A stretch of DNA of 64,000 nt, from positions 147,870,001 through 147,934,000 of the forward strand of contig NC_088793.1 of NCBI RefSeq assembly GCF_011386835.1, written 5' to 3'. The notes under the pieces were generated by a model, which was given only the letters and a program-made list of their open reading frames with translations, did no database searches and was not told the origin of the DNA. The stretch is from Chrysemys picta bellii (lineage: Eukaryota). Made by a program: the position numbers and the translations under genes. Numbering within the stretch: position 1 is the first letter of the stretch; the number at the start of each line of letters is the position of its first letter. Positions 24,663 through 36,329 of the stretch are shown piece after piece.

Positions 24663-26154
24663 GCAGCAGCCCCCAGCTCTGCAAGTGGTCCCTTGCCGTC
24701 AGGGCAACCCTCACTCCGTATTTCCCCAGGGAGCTGGGCTCGAACCTGCTGTGGGCAGCTAAGGCTTGAGAGTGAATTACAGGCCTAAACCAGCAACAGG
24801 CCAAAGTTGGGGAGCACAAAGGGGGAGCACCAGGGAGAGGCTGCTGGCTGCCCTAGGCTTCTGAATGTTATCTTAAGAGCCACAGAATGGCAGCAGCTAG
24901 CCCGAGCCCAGCTCAGGGCAGCTCTTAGCAACTTAACCTGGGGGAGGGGGATGCAATTCCCAGCCTACAGCCAGCTCAGCACAGCTGTTCCCGGCTGTTC
25001 CAACACCACTGGGCTGCCCCTAGCACTGTAGTTCCACCTGGGGATGATGCTCAGGGAGAAGTGGGCCCAGCAAACATGGCCACTCTAAGCGAGAGGGAAC
25101 AAATCCATAAATGCAGCCACCTCTGGAGCGGTGTGTCTCAGTGATGGGTGAGTGATTCCTGTCTCTATGAAAGGAGCCATAGAAATGTGACTTATTCACG
25201 GGGGGCAGAAAGATTCCTTGTCAGGGTGTGTTTGGCTCTGAGAGCTCCCAGGTACTTCCCCTGGGGAGAATATGAGCACCTTTAACGCTACCCCCCCCCC
25301 TCTGAAATCCCCAGAGCAATTGCAGTCCACCTCTCCCTGAGCTGCAGCAACGGCCACACAAACACAGGAGATGGGCACCTGAGGAAAGCTAGCACCAGGC
25401 TGCTTAGAAATTGTCAAGTTGGAACCAGCCACCCCTGCCCTTTGAAGGCAAAGAAGGCCCAGGCTGCTCTGAGCATCAGCAGAGGCGGGGCCTGACCCAC
25501 TGAATAGTAGCTATGCAGAACAGGCCCAGTTCCCAAGGAGCAGGAGGTTCTAATCTCCCCAGGCACCCTCTCGGTTGCTCTGCCAATCCACACTAGCTTC
25601 CCATCTGCCCCTAGTTTCTTTCCCTGATTTGACTCTGTCCTGAGCCTAGACCCTGGTGCCAACAGTGAAGCAACAAGGTTTGAATCCACCCCCTCATTCC
25701 CACTCCCTCCCAGCACTCCCAGGGACCTCTCGCCTCCTATGCACACTGCCCCTGGAAGGGGAATTTACTACTCCCCCCCCCCCCCCCAATCACTGCCCAG
25801 GCTGGTGAACTGGGGGATAGTGAGCAACTCAGGACTCTGCAGGGGCAAGGGTGTGTGAAAATGGGGGGGTTCAACGCTAGTTTGAAACACACAGGCAGCA
25901 AAGAGTTAGGCCCTGGGGCAGGGGTCAGTGGGGAGAGCAAGGGTGTGGGAGGGCAGGGAGGAGAGCAAGGAATGTGTGTGCGCAGGGATTCTTGGGGCAT
26001 GGGGAAAGAGGAAGAAGATCTGTGAAGGGGTGAAGATCAGGGTGCATTATGGAAGCAGGAGTGTGGAATTCCCCTCTGCCACCACTATGCTGGATGAAGG
26101 CTTTCCCAGCACTACTGCTGAACAAGTTTTTCCAGCTCCCCCATTCAGCACTTA

Positions 26155-26546
26155 CAGTAGACCCTCCGAGATACCGACAGCTGGGGTGGAGTGAGTTTGT
26201 AACTCTGAACAAAATGTTATGGTTGTTCTTTCAAATGTTTACAATTGAACACTGACTTCATACAGCTTTGAAGCTTTACTATGCAGAAGAAAAATGCTGC
26301 TTTTAACCATCTTACTTTAAATGAAACAATCACCATTTCCTTGCCTTGTCAAGTCTTTTATTTTATTTTTTAAAAAACTTTCCCTTTATTTATTTAGTAG
26401 TTTATGTTGAACATAGTACAGTGCTGTACAGTATTTGTGTGTATGGTCACTGCTGCTGCCTGATTGCGTACTTCCAGATCCAAATGAGGTGCATGGCTGA
26501 CCGGTCAGTTCATAACTTGGGTGTTTCTAACTCTGAGGTTCCGCTA
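26155..26546. mobile_element. Tc1/mariner (Tigger-like) MITE
   Basis: TA|CAGTAGACCCTC ... GAGGTTCCGCTA|TA: degenerate TIRs with a TA TSD and an AT-rich interior. Confidence 0.7.
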
Positions 26547-26847
26547 TACAGTACCACCTTTCCCTTTCCCACTGATGGCCAGTATCAGAAGGCTGCCCTG
26601 TCTGCAGCACCCCCGGGTGGCAAGCCATGGTATGACATGTGTGGCCTGCCCTTAGCATCCCCCTCTCAGGTAACCCAAGAGCTCCAATGCGGTTCTCTTG
26701 CTACAATAATGCCCTTCCTTGGGGCAAGTTTATTATCAAAAGTCCCAAACCAAAGTCCATTTATCACCCTAGTGCAAGCTGTCCTGAAAATCACACATCC
26801 TCTCAGCCATGGACGTAACACATACCACATCCTGGCATCGCCCGCCA

Positions 26848-26899
26848 CACCCAGATTCTGTCACTCCTCCTGTCACCCAGATTCTGTCACTCCTCCTGT
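26848..26899 (+). repeat. Perfect 26-bp tandem duplication CACCCAGATTCTGTCACTCCTCCTGT x2
   Basis: Copies at 26848-26873 and 26874-26899. Confidence 0.95.
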
Positions 26900-27900
26900 C
26901 TCTCTGCCAGGACAGCCAGCCCAGCCCTTCCTCCTGTGGTGTAACCCCTGTTCTTCACAGCAGGAACCCCCCAGCCTCTCTGCTGGCAGCATCCTTGCCA
27001 GGGAAGCATCCCTCACTCTCCCTGGCCCTCTCACAGTTCCTCTGGCACGAGCTTTCGAGCCCTGGAGGTGGCAGTGGGTAGGCCCCTCCATTGCTCCTCT
27101 GCCTTCCAGCCTCCCTTGTCCCCAGCTCCAGCTGGAGCCAACAGGCAGCTCCCGATGCTGCTGCTGCACCTCCAGCCCTGGCTCTTTGGCTTGGGGACAT
27201 CAGCCAGCAACCTTCTCTTGCTGCTCTCCCGCCTTCAGCCCTCTCCCAGGTTCCAAACATACAGGCTCTGGTAGCGCTAACTTGCCTCTTCCCTTGTTCC
27301 TCTAGTCGGTGCTGCCAGGCAGCCCTGACTCACCAGATATTTCTCTCAGGGTCTCTTCCGGATCTTTGATAGCACCCAGTGCTGCCCTCCCCTTTTAATT
27401 GGAATGAGCTGATGAGGCTCAGGTGCACTGGCCCCGCTCTGCCCCAAAGGGGCAGTGTCAGCCTGTGACAGCTCGGCAGGAGGAGGTTGGTTAGGATTCT
27501 GGAGAATGCCAAGTAAGGCCTGGGACTGACTGCTGCCTAGCATGGTGCTGTCTTGGAAGCAGGACCATGGGACGCAGGGCTGAACACTTAAGCACTGGGT
27601 ACAGTTCTGGATGCTGGGCGGGCTCTGGATATTTAATAGACCAATATTAACTCCATGGCAGAGCCTCCTTCTGTAAACCCTCAGTGACCTGGCTTGCATC
27701 TCCTAGGACACTTCAGTGGCATCTGCTTCTCTGAGCAGGGCCAACCCCCTTCCCTCCCTTCCTGGGGATTTTACAGTCAGCTGTTCTTGGCTCTTCCTTG
27801 GTTACTGCTGTGGTAACCACTTTTAATTTCTCCTAAGCCTGTTCTGACCTTCCAGGGTTCTAGTTCTGGTGATCTTAGGGTTTGGGTAGGAATTGGTTGT

Positions 27901-28606
27901 TGTGACACAGGGCTCACTGTTCTCTACAAACAACTCCTGTCTCATACCTGACAAACTCACTCCACCTCAGACACCATTTTCTGGGTGTTTATCCATGAAG
28001 GGTAGCATGTGATGTCTCTATTGAATGCTTGTAATTTATTAATACTTATAACCATTGTTTGTCCGGGTAATGTTTAAGGAATAATGTAACTATATTGAAA
28101 GCTGTGCCTTATGGTCTTGGAGTAAAAATGAGTCCGCAGGAAATCATGCATCTTGGTGATGGCCCATTGAAGTGGAAGGGAGCATTCCTCCCACTCTCTG
28201 CCTAGCTGATTGTCACATATTTCTCAATTTTCTACGATTGCAGCAGTTGAGAACAGTCATTGGAAAACCCTCAAAGACAAACTATAAACATTGAAACCAC
28301 TTGGAGGTAAAAAGGAAGAATACAACAGACGGGGTCATCCTGTCTGTGAAAGAAAACAAAATTCTGATTGTCTATCACAGCGTGGAGAAAGATCCTCTGC
28401 ATTCCTTCACCGAGAACACATCTTGTCAAGCGAGCGTTTTTCATAAAAGATTGGATCCTGGTTCCTCTGAAGTCAGCCCACTCTGCAACTGACTGAACTT
28501 AGGGGAAAACCTACTGTACTAACTGGGAAGGCTGGTGGTATCAGGGAGCTAATACCTAGCTACCACAGGCAAGACTCCTTTGCTCTGGAGGCAGGGTGTG
28601 CCAAGT
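27901..28606. mobile_element. Possible old LTR-like repeat
   Basis: AT-richer block starting TGTGACA and ending near ACCACA. No TSD found. Weak call. Confidence 0.3.
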
Positions 28607-30875
28607 TCTGGGTACCCCGAGAACCATCACAGTAGGTTCTAGGGGAGAAAATGGTCCAGTCAGCAAATTTGTTCAAATGTGTATAGATCTTTCCTTCTGC
28701 AGGCTAGCAGTTAGCACACCCCAGTCCTTTGACTCCCTGAGTGAGTCTGGAGCAGAGCAGAGACAACCTGCGTGTGGCTAACTCTGTGGAGATAGTTAGC
28801 CAGAGTTCTGCTCTGGCCCTGGGGCCCAGGTCCTTCCCTCCAACCTGTCTGTATCCCTACTGCGTTACACTCAAGTGGCCAGACCTTTGACTTCTGGATA
28901 CCCAGAATGCACACAGATTTACTGCCTATGTAAAAAAAGTGCCCCCCACCCCATTCACTAGCTTCACCTCCGTTCAACACTCTCCTTCACACACACAGAG
29001 CGTTTCTCCGATTGCTCCAGTGCAGCCACTGTTGGGGTGGAGCGTGGCAGCCTTTTAACAGTGCACAGTGACATGGCACAATTTTTTAAGCCAGGAAGCG
29101 ATGCGGGAATTCAGTATCTGTTTGAAACGGCAAGGGAGAGTGAGGGGAACTGAATGGACTTGCTAGAGTTGGGCTGAGGCCAGGACACAGGACCTAACAC
29201 CCTGCATCGCCAGAAGTGATTGGGAATCTCTAGCGGCATAAGTAATCGGGGTCCCTGTGTGACGTCTCGGTGGGGAGACAAGCTATTCTCAGTGTGGATG
29301 CCAAGCACATGGGTCAGGGCCTATCTCCGCTCCTCTGACATAGCAGGTTGTCAGGGGAGAGTTCTTCATCTTTTCTCAGAAAGAGGCCCTGGGTCAGTTC
29401 TTTTTATCTGCCCCTCCCCTTTTGGGACAGATACCAGCCGCAGGGCCTTTAGGGCACTTCCCTGAGCCGCTGCTCCATGGAGTCTCTGCCCAGTGCAGCC
29501 TGAAGGGTCTGGAGCGACCTGACTGACAGAGACCCACCTGCCCTCTTGACAACAAAGAGAGATTTACTGGCTGGGGCAAGGGGGATCCTCACCTCGAACC
29601 AGCCAGTTGTTCCCAGCTGCAGGATCTAAGGTCTGCAGCTGGGTTTAGACAACAGGTCAGTTTCCATTCTGTCACATACTGCAGGGGGGTTGGGAGATTG
29701 CTGCAGCTGAAGGGAGCCGGGAGCATGGGGGCTGAGTCCTCCCCCTGTTGTGAGAACACAGCATTGTTTTTGCTGTTATTTAAGTGGCTGGAATTGTGTT
29801 TGTGGGAGTCTCTCTAATGGTCTATTTTATATGTTAGCCTCTTAGGAATTGTTCCAAAATGTGTGTAATTCTGGGGGAACTGTGCCCAGGGCACAGAGAG
29901 CATGAAGGAGCTATTGGGAGCACCTGGCTGGCAGGATGGGGGCACTTAGTAAGGGGTTGCAGGCAGGGATCCCAGAAGTCCAATCTGCAGGGAAAACTTA
30001 CCCCAAACTCTATGGGCCAGCTCTCTCTTTTTCACAGGAAAACTCTTTAGTCTGGTGTAAACACACAGAGTCTGATTGTGCTGTCAGCTACAGCAGGGTA
30101 CATCTGAAGTCACTCCAGGCAGCAATACTGGATTTACTGTACAACTCAGATCCGACTCTGAGCCCAAGGGCCACTTCTAGCAGAACTGTGTGGAATGGTC
30201 GGGAAGCAGGTGGGAGCGAATGCTCTGGTAAAACTGTGTGACTGGGACTGATCTGGCATTGGGGTTGGGGGTTGAAAGGAGTTTGTCTTGTGCACTAAGC
30301 GGGGAGTGTGTGGCAGGAGAAGTAACTAACAGGTGGGTTTAAGATAAAGCAGCTCTTCAGTTTACTCTGTGCCCATCCATTAGTTGCTGCAACCAACCGA
30401 GCCCCTCAGCATGTGTGTTACACTCTTTCTCCACACTCGCCTGCTGCCAGATCAGTGTCAGTAGCATGACTTTACTCCAGGCACCCACTTACAGCTGTTT
30501 GTGATCATTGGTACTGCAACCCTGGATTCTCCCTGGAAGGTCTGTTTCTCCTCTCACACGAGTGTAAATCAGGAGGGATTCCAGTGAGGTCCAGGCTGGG
30601 TGAGTCAAACTGGGTCAGAGATGCCTGGGGAGCTGGCTACATTTGGCTCCTCAAGTAGTGTGGAGTGCACTGACCGGGTAGGTTAGCTCAGGTCCCGCAT
30701 AGTGTCAGGAACTGCGCTCATTAGCTTTGGAAGTGGCTGGTGCAGTGGGCTGTAGTATGTAACTCAAGGCATATCCCAGCCCTGAAACACTCCCTTCCCA
30801 CTCCCCTCCAGACTTCTGGGCAGCTGAGATAAGGAGCTGGGTGCAAAGAAAGATATAAAACACCTTGTTTATATT

Positions 30876-31059
30876 NNNNNNNNNNNNNNNNNNNNNNNNN
30901 NNNNNNNNNNNNNNNNNNNNNNNNNNNNNNNNNNNNNNNNNNNNNNNNNNNNNNNNNNNNNNNNNNNNNNNNNNNNNNNNNNNNNNNNNNNNNNNNNNNN
31001 NNNNNNNNNNNNNNNNNNNNNNNNNNNNNNNNNNNNNNNNNNNNNNNNNNNNNNNNNNN
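30876..31059. other. Assembly gap (184 N)
   Basis: Run of N. Confidence 1.
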
Positions 31060-31236
31060 GCTGTCCTCGGGAGCCAAAAAATCTTACCGTGTTATAGGTG
31101 AAACCACATTATATTGAACTTGCTTTGATTCACTAGAGTGCGCAGCCCCCCACCCTTCCCCCTCCCGAGTGCTGCTTTACCGCATTATATCCGAATTAGT
31201 GTTATATTGAGTCGGGCTATATCCGGGTAGAGGTGT
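31060..31236 (-). mobile_element. Partial Tc1/mariner-type MITE abutting the gap
   Basis: ...GCTTTACCGCATTATATCCGAATTAGTGTTATATTGAGTCGGGCTATATCCGGGTAGAGGTGT terminus. The other end presumably lies in the gap. Confidence 0.55.
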
Positions 31237-32143
31237 GTGTAATTATATATACACACAAACAGAGAGAGAGTGTTCCTCGGGGAGTTCCCACTGGCTGCAG
31301 AGTTCCCACCTGAGGCTCTGCAGATGGGGTGGCTGAGAGGGGCTGGGCTCGGGTCACCCTCTCACTCCGAGTGCTGGGATTATGACTCCCCTTCAGGGCT
31401 GGCTGATTTCACACTCCCTGCCAAAGAGATGGGGGAGTGAGAATGGAGCAGGACAGGACAGGGTCATGGCTGTGGACAATGCTAGGAGCTGCTGCAGGGT
31501 CCCTGACCTGGAGGAAGGGGGTGCGTGTCTGGAATGAGAGTCGTAGGACTGTCAACAACTTTGCCGGGGCGAGAGAGCAGGCATTACTGCCCCCATTAGA
31601 GACACCCAAGCAGGGTGGGGGAGCCTGGTGTCCAACTGCCTCTGCTCTCTTATTGGCCCCAGCATACAGAGCCTCTGTAACAATGGAGCAGAGACTCTAG
31701 GCACTGGCCCTTCAGAGACTGCCCTGATCCTGCTGCCTCTTCCCAGGGAGGGTCAGAGTCTCGGGCTTGGAAGCCTGTGGGAAGTGGCTGTGGGGTTCCC
31801 AGGGTTCTGGGCTCGAGTGAGCAGTGGAAGAGGATGTCTGAAAACGGGACTCAGGAAGGAGGGGAGATGATGACTGGAAACTGTGGCTGTTTCCTTATCA
31901 GCTCTCTGATGGTGACTGTTGAAACAAAGGGTTTGTCATAATTCTGGGAATAGTATGAGACACACCATCCCCTGGGTGCAAACGTATGCAGGCAGGCCCC
32001 TGCGCGCACACACATACAGCTCTCTGTGCACACAGCCTCTGCCTGCGGTGTAGAAATACAAGAGGCTAACTGTAAAAACCTGCATTTACGAGGGACCTGA
32101 CCCTCACCAGGCCAGACAGCTCCAAATTAGTGTGCCCGCAGCC

Positions 32144-33000
32144 TCATTAGTTCTAGAGTTGAAGGCCAAACTGGGACCACCAGGTCATAATAGTCTGACC
32201 TCCTGTATATCTCAGACCAACAGCACCACCCAGCAACCGAAATGAGACCGAAGTATTACAGCCCACAGGAAACTAGACTGTTATGTGCCACAGGCAGAGG
32301 ATAGGAGGGACCGAGGTGCACCAGTGCCCGAGTTCCCCTGCAATGACAGGGAAATTATTAAGTGCAATATACCCAGATCATCCTGCAAGTGACCCACATG
32401 CTGCAGAGGAAGGCAAAAAAACAAAAACAAACCCAAGGGTTTCCCCCAATCCCTGGGTGGGGGGAAATTCCTTCCTAATTCCACATATGGCGATTGGTTA
32501 GACCGTGAGCATGTGGGCAAGTACCAGAGAGAGAGCGCTTGGTGCCACCTCAGAGCTCTGACCCTCCCCACGCAATGAACCATCTCTGGCCATGGCCATC
32601 CCTGATGCTTCAGAGGAAGAAGATTTTAAAAAACAAAACCCTCCCAGAATACGTTGGTAGGAAGGGGGGAGTCCCTTCCTGACCCCTGCGGGTGGCCGGC
32701 TGGAACCCTGAAACAAGAGCTTTTAGGAACATAAGACGTAAACTGGAAGAGAGTCCCAAGGCTGCTGAGCCCTGACCTTTCGATCACAAGCAACCCCATC
32801 ATACAATCACACGCATACATTTGTCCAGCTCGCTCTTAAAACTAGATAGTTGTTTGCCCCTGCAACTCCTATTGGGGGCTGTTCCAGATCCCCATCTGTC
32901 TGAGGGTTAGAAACCTTCTTCTAATTGCCATCCTAAATGTGTTCATGGTCAGTTGATGCCCATATGTTCTTGTGCCCAATTGCCCGTTAGCTTAAATAGC
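32144..33000 (-). mobile_element. CR1 LINE 3' portion, antisense
   Basis: Reverse complement of CR1 3' UTR (AAGGCCAAACTGGGACCACCAGGTCATAATAGTCTGACCTCCTG) and ORF2 end (AGGGTTAGAAACCTTCTTCTAATT). Confidence 0.75.
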
Positions 33001-36000
33001 GGCCAGGTTAGGGTCCATATGGGAACCAGGTGGGAGTGTCAAATCTCAGATATGCCATAGTGCAGCATCAGTGAGATTTTGCGATCAATGTACAACTGCC
33101 ATATATACACTGTATCCGTATCAAAAGCGTACGTGGGCACTCCCCTAAGGGCGGTGTGAACTCAGATGGAGTCCCTTCAAGTCAGCCCCTGCACTGGGAC
33201 ATCGGGAAAGACTTTTGACTCTCTGAAGAATATCTATAGATAAGGGCAGGAAAGGCATCCAGGCCTGTCCTGTCCTGATCATTTTATGGGAATAATGTCC
33301 TTGACAGCCATTATCAGCGGGTGCTGGGGTCAAAGTACTGACTGTGGACTGCTCATGCCGTCCCATTTGTCCTGGAGCCCTGAAAGGGCCATGCAGTTTG
33401 TCAGAGGTAGCCCTGCAGTGGATTCACAAGAGGGAGCAGCAGCATGGCTTGTTACAAGGGCTCCCACATCCCTCCCCTGCAGGGAGATTTCATTTCTAAG
33501 CTCTGCAGCACTGTCACAAAGCTGTTCTGCCATGACCTTGAAATAAATCTTTCCTCTCCCTGATGTGCGGGGGATCTCACGATCCATGAAGGCGCATGTA
33601 TCCTCTGAGGGGGAGTGCGGGCCCAGCAGCTGTCTCTTGCAGGCGTTCTTAGCCCAGCTGTGCATTCTCGCAGGGTTGCTTGTGAAGGCCGGGCTACATA
33701 CGCTGGTTGGTTGTAGGGCACTGTTGTTGGGTTGCCCAAGGCGGCACAGGCTGAGTCACTCGCTCTGGTTTGTTATTGTAGGGTTCCTTGTAAGGGTTGG
33801 CTGCATTACAGGTATTTGGGAGTAATGAGCACTGGGCTGTGTGTGTTGGCAATAAGCCGGCACTCTGTGGAAAGAAATGGAGGCACTTAGCAAAATGAGA
33901 TCATGGGATTAGGCAGCTCTGGCACCTTCCCTTAGGAAGCCCCCTCATCCCTCCCAGAGTGACATGGGCTCACGGTCAGCAGGGAAACAGGAATGAGTGG
34001 CCCCCTTGGGGCAGAGAGAGGGGTCCTGGGAGAGGAGTGTGTGGGGACCCACCAGCTTAGGGCAGCAGAACTAAACCAGGAGTGTGATGTGAGTGGGACA
34101 GATAGGCTTGCCGAGGCTGCTGCAAGCGGGCCCACCGCAGCTGCACTGCTGTCAGGGAGAGCCGTTCCCACACCAGCAAACTCCCCAGCTCCTGGGCCGT
34201 GCTGCCCTGCTCCATCGTTCCTCTGGGATCCTGAAGATGGCAGCCTATGGTACTGCTCACATGCTATCCCCTCCGCGAAATCCTCCATTTCCTCACTTCC
34301 CTTGGCTCCGTGTGACCTGACCTGATGCCAGCTGACACCAACTCATCTGCTCCAACGCAGCCCCCGTGACCAAGAGGAGCTCAGCACTCACCCCCGTGGG
34401 AGGCGAAACACCGTCCCGCTGCCTTCAGACACGCCTTCCCATTCAGTGGGCACGGGGCTGCCAGAGTCTCCATTGGCTCTGTCAGCCCCGGGTGTGTGCA
34501 TGGGCTCGGCCTCTCCATCAGCCCCTCTCTGGTGTGGTGGGGAAGCAGGGGCGTGTCTCTCCGTCAGGGAGTTTATCAGGCAGCGTATTGGGATCCAGGC
34601 TCTGCTCAGCCCCATTGGAACTGTCCCGACAGGAGGGAGCCGGTTGCCCTGGGCCCCTTGTGCAGTGCGGGAGGGGGTGCACTCCCCTGCCGGCAGAGGC
34701 AGGATGGATCTGGCTGGGGAGCAGGATGTGCAGCAGGAACACTTGCAGCTCTCTGCACACTGACCTGAGGGCAACTGGAGGTCACGCTTCACAGTGTCAG
34801 CTGGCTGGGGAGAGGGTTGCACACCTGGCCAGGTGCATGATGGGGGATTTTTTTAAACTTTCTCTGCGCCATCAAGTGGGACCAGCCAGTGCAGCAGGGG
34901 ACATGAGGGGGGCATCAGATTAGATGGGCCCATTGATCTGATCCAGCTCAGCGAGGACAGAGGATGCTGGGCACATGGGCCCACTGGTCTCTTCTGGTGC
35001 AGCAGCTTCCACCTTCGTAGCGGTCTTCCCAAGTTCCTTCCCGCACTCGCGTGCCCCCTGAGCTGAACTCGCCTGGAGTGGGGTTTTTCCCACCAGACAC
35101 AGTGGCTTTCCCGTTTGCTCTCCATTATTTTGGGGCTCCCTTAGACTGATGCTGGAGCCTTGAGGAGCAGTCCCAGCTGTGGCTGGGCGCTGGCTGTCTG
35201 GGAGGCGGCCCCTGGCAGGAGGAAGTGGGTGAGATGTACTGGGTAACTACGCCGTGCCCCATAACCGACAAAAGGGATCGCACTTCCGCCCTGTCCAGAG
35301 GGGGAGTCGTGCGATCTGCAGAGGGGAGTGAGCTAGACGGGGGCGCACAGAGCATGCCCACTGCGTGTGGAGAGGAGGTGCCCAATGTAGTAACAGGCCA
35401 ACCTGGCAAGGGCCAGGCTAAGGCTGCTCCTGCTGATGGGGCAGCAAATCCTGCAGCCTCTGTGGGAGGAGGGGATTGGCCTATGCTCAGACCCTCCAGC
35501 TGGCCCTTGATTCCCCCAGACTCATGGATCCGTCCTCAGGGCTGAAGAGCCATTGGTGTAAGGGGATAAAGCAGGGCCGGGTCTCTGCAGGACGCAGACG
35601 TGGCTGGAGCAGGTGCCTAAAAGTTCTTGTCACTTGGTACCAAAGAGGGGTTGGGAGGAGGACTCGCTCCAGAGTACGTGGCAGAGAAAAGGGGGTGGGG
35701 GATATGCACCAGCTTAGAGCATGCCAGAGCCGGACACTCCCCTTCTCTGGAGATGGGGTATTTGCCCCTCCTGGAGTCGCGGCTGGGCTGGCAACTCCAC
35801 ATAGCCTGGAATGGAGGAGCCAGGCCTCCTGGGTGGGTATGTAACTGAAGGGGAACAGATATGCCTGGCTGAGGCAGAGGGGACTGGGAAGCTGGGAAAA
35901 ATGCCAGCTCAGCTCACCCAGGGGAGAAAGGGCCAATGTCAGGGCCTGGCTTCCCTGCAGGAGGAAGGGGCTTCAGGCCTCCAACCCCACTGCCCTGTGT

Positions 36001-36300
36001 CCCAGCCTGTCCTGAGCAAGTCACCTTCCAGTTTCGACGAGCTCAGAGCGGCGGCTCTGCATAGGAGAGGCAGATCTGTGCGGGTACCATTCCCTTTCAG
36101 AGTGTTGCTGATCCCCGCCCTTTGGGAGCTCACCCAGGATGCCCCCAGCACTAAAACCAGCACAGTGCCCCTTGCTCCCGGGATTCCAGATCCCCACTAA
36201 GCGCTCTCTGTTTGGTTTGGATTTGCAGGAGACCAGCAGCACAGTGAAGGAGTGAGAGTTGCTGGGAGCTACCAAACGTCGCTGACCGCCACCAGGCACC

Positions 36301-36329
36301 ATGACGACGAGCAATGGTCCCTCAGACAG
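36301..36329 (+). CDS. SLC29A1: ENT1 coding exon 1 (MTTSNGPSDR); exon starts at 36229 with 5' UTR
   Basis: Acceptor TTTGCAG|36229, GGCACC-ATG, donor AG|GTATGG. Confidence 0.93.

Noticed and set aside
26346-27305. Longest ORF in the track (319 aa, +)
   Set aside because: It has a non-ATG start inside a Tigger-like MITE, runs through the 26-bp duplication, is P/S/L/C-rich like GC-rich non-coding DNA, and shows no recognisable domain.
27155-27310. MLLLHLQPWLFGLG...LLLLLSRL peptide with ALVALTCLF in the next frame, considered as myomixer
   Set aside because: It needs a frameshift, lacks the AxLyCxL motif and basic helix, and lies inside SLC29A1 intron 1 rather than upstream.
30721-31101. ORFs spanning the N run
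   Set aside because: Artefacts of the assembly gap.
31851-32044. Minus-strand acceptor plus YSQNYDKPFVSTVTIRELIRKQPQFPVII peptide
   Set aside because: Short, no donor or homolog recognised; it would only matter if the 33000-35540 block proves to be a gene.
35470-35850. CCAAT + GATAAA motifs as an erythroid alternative ENT1 promoter
   Set aside because: The motifs are short and common, the candidate donors are weak, and the region overlaps the antisense coding-like block.
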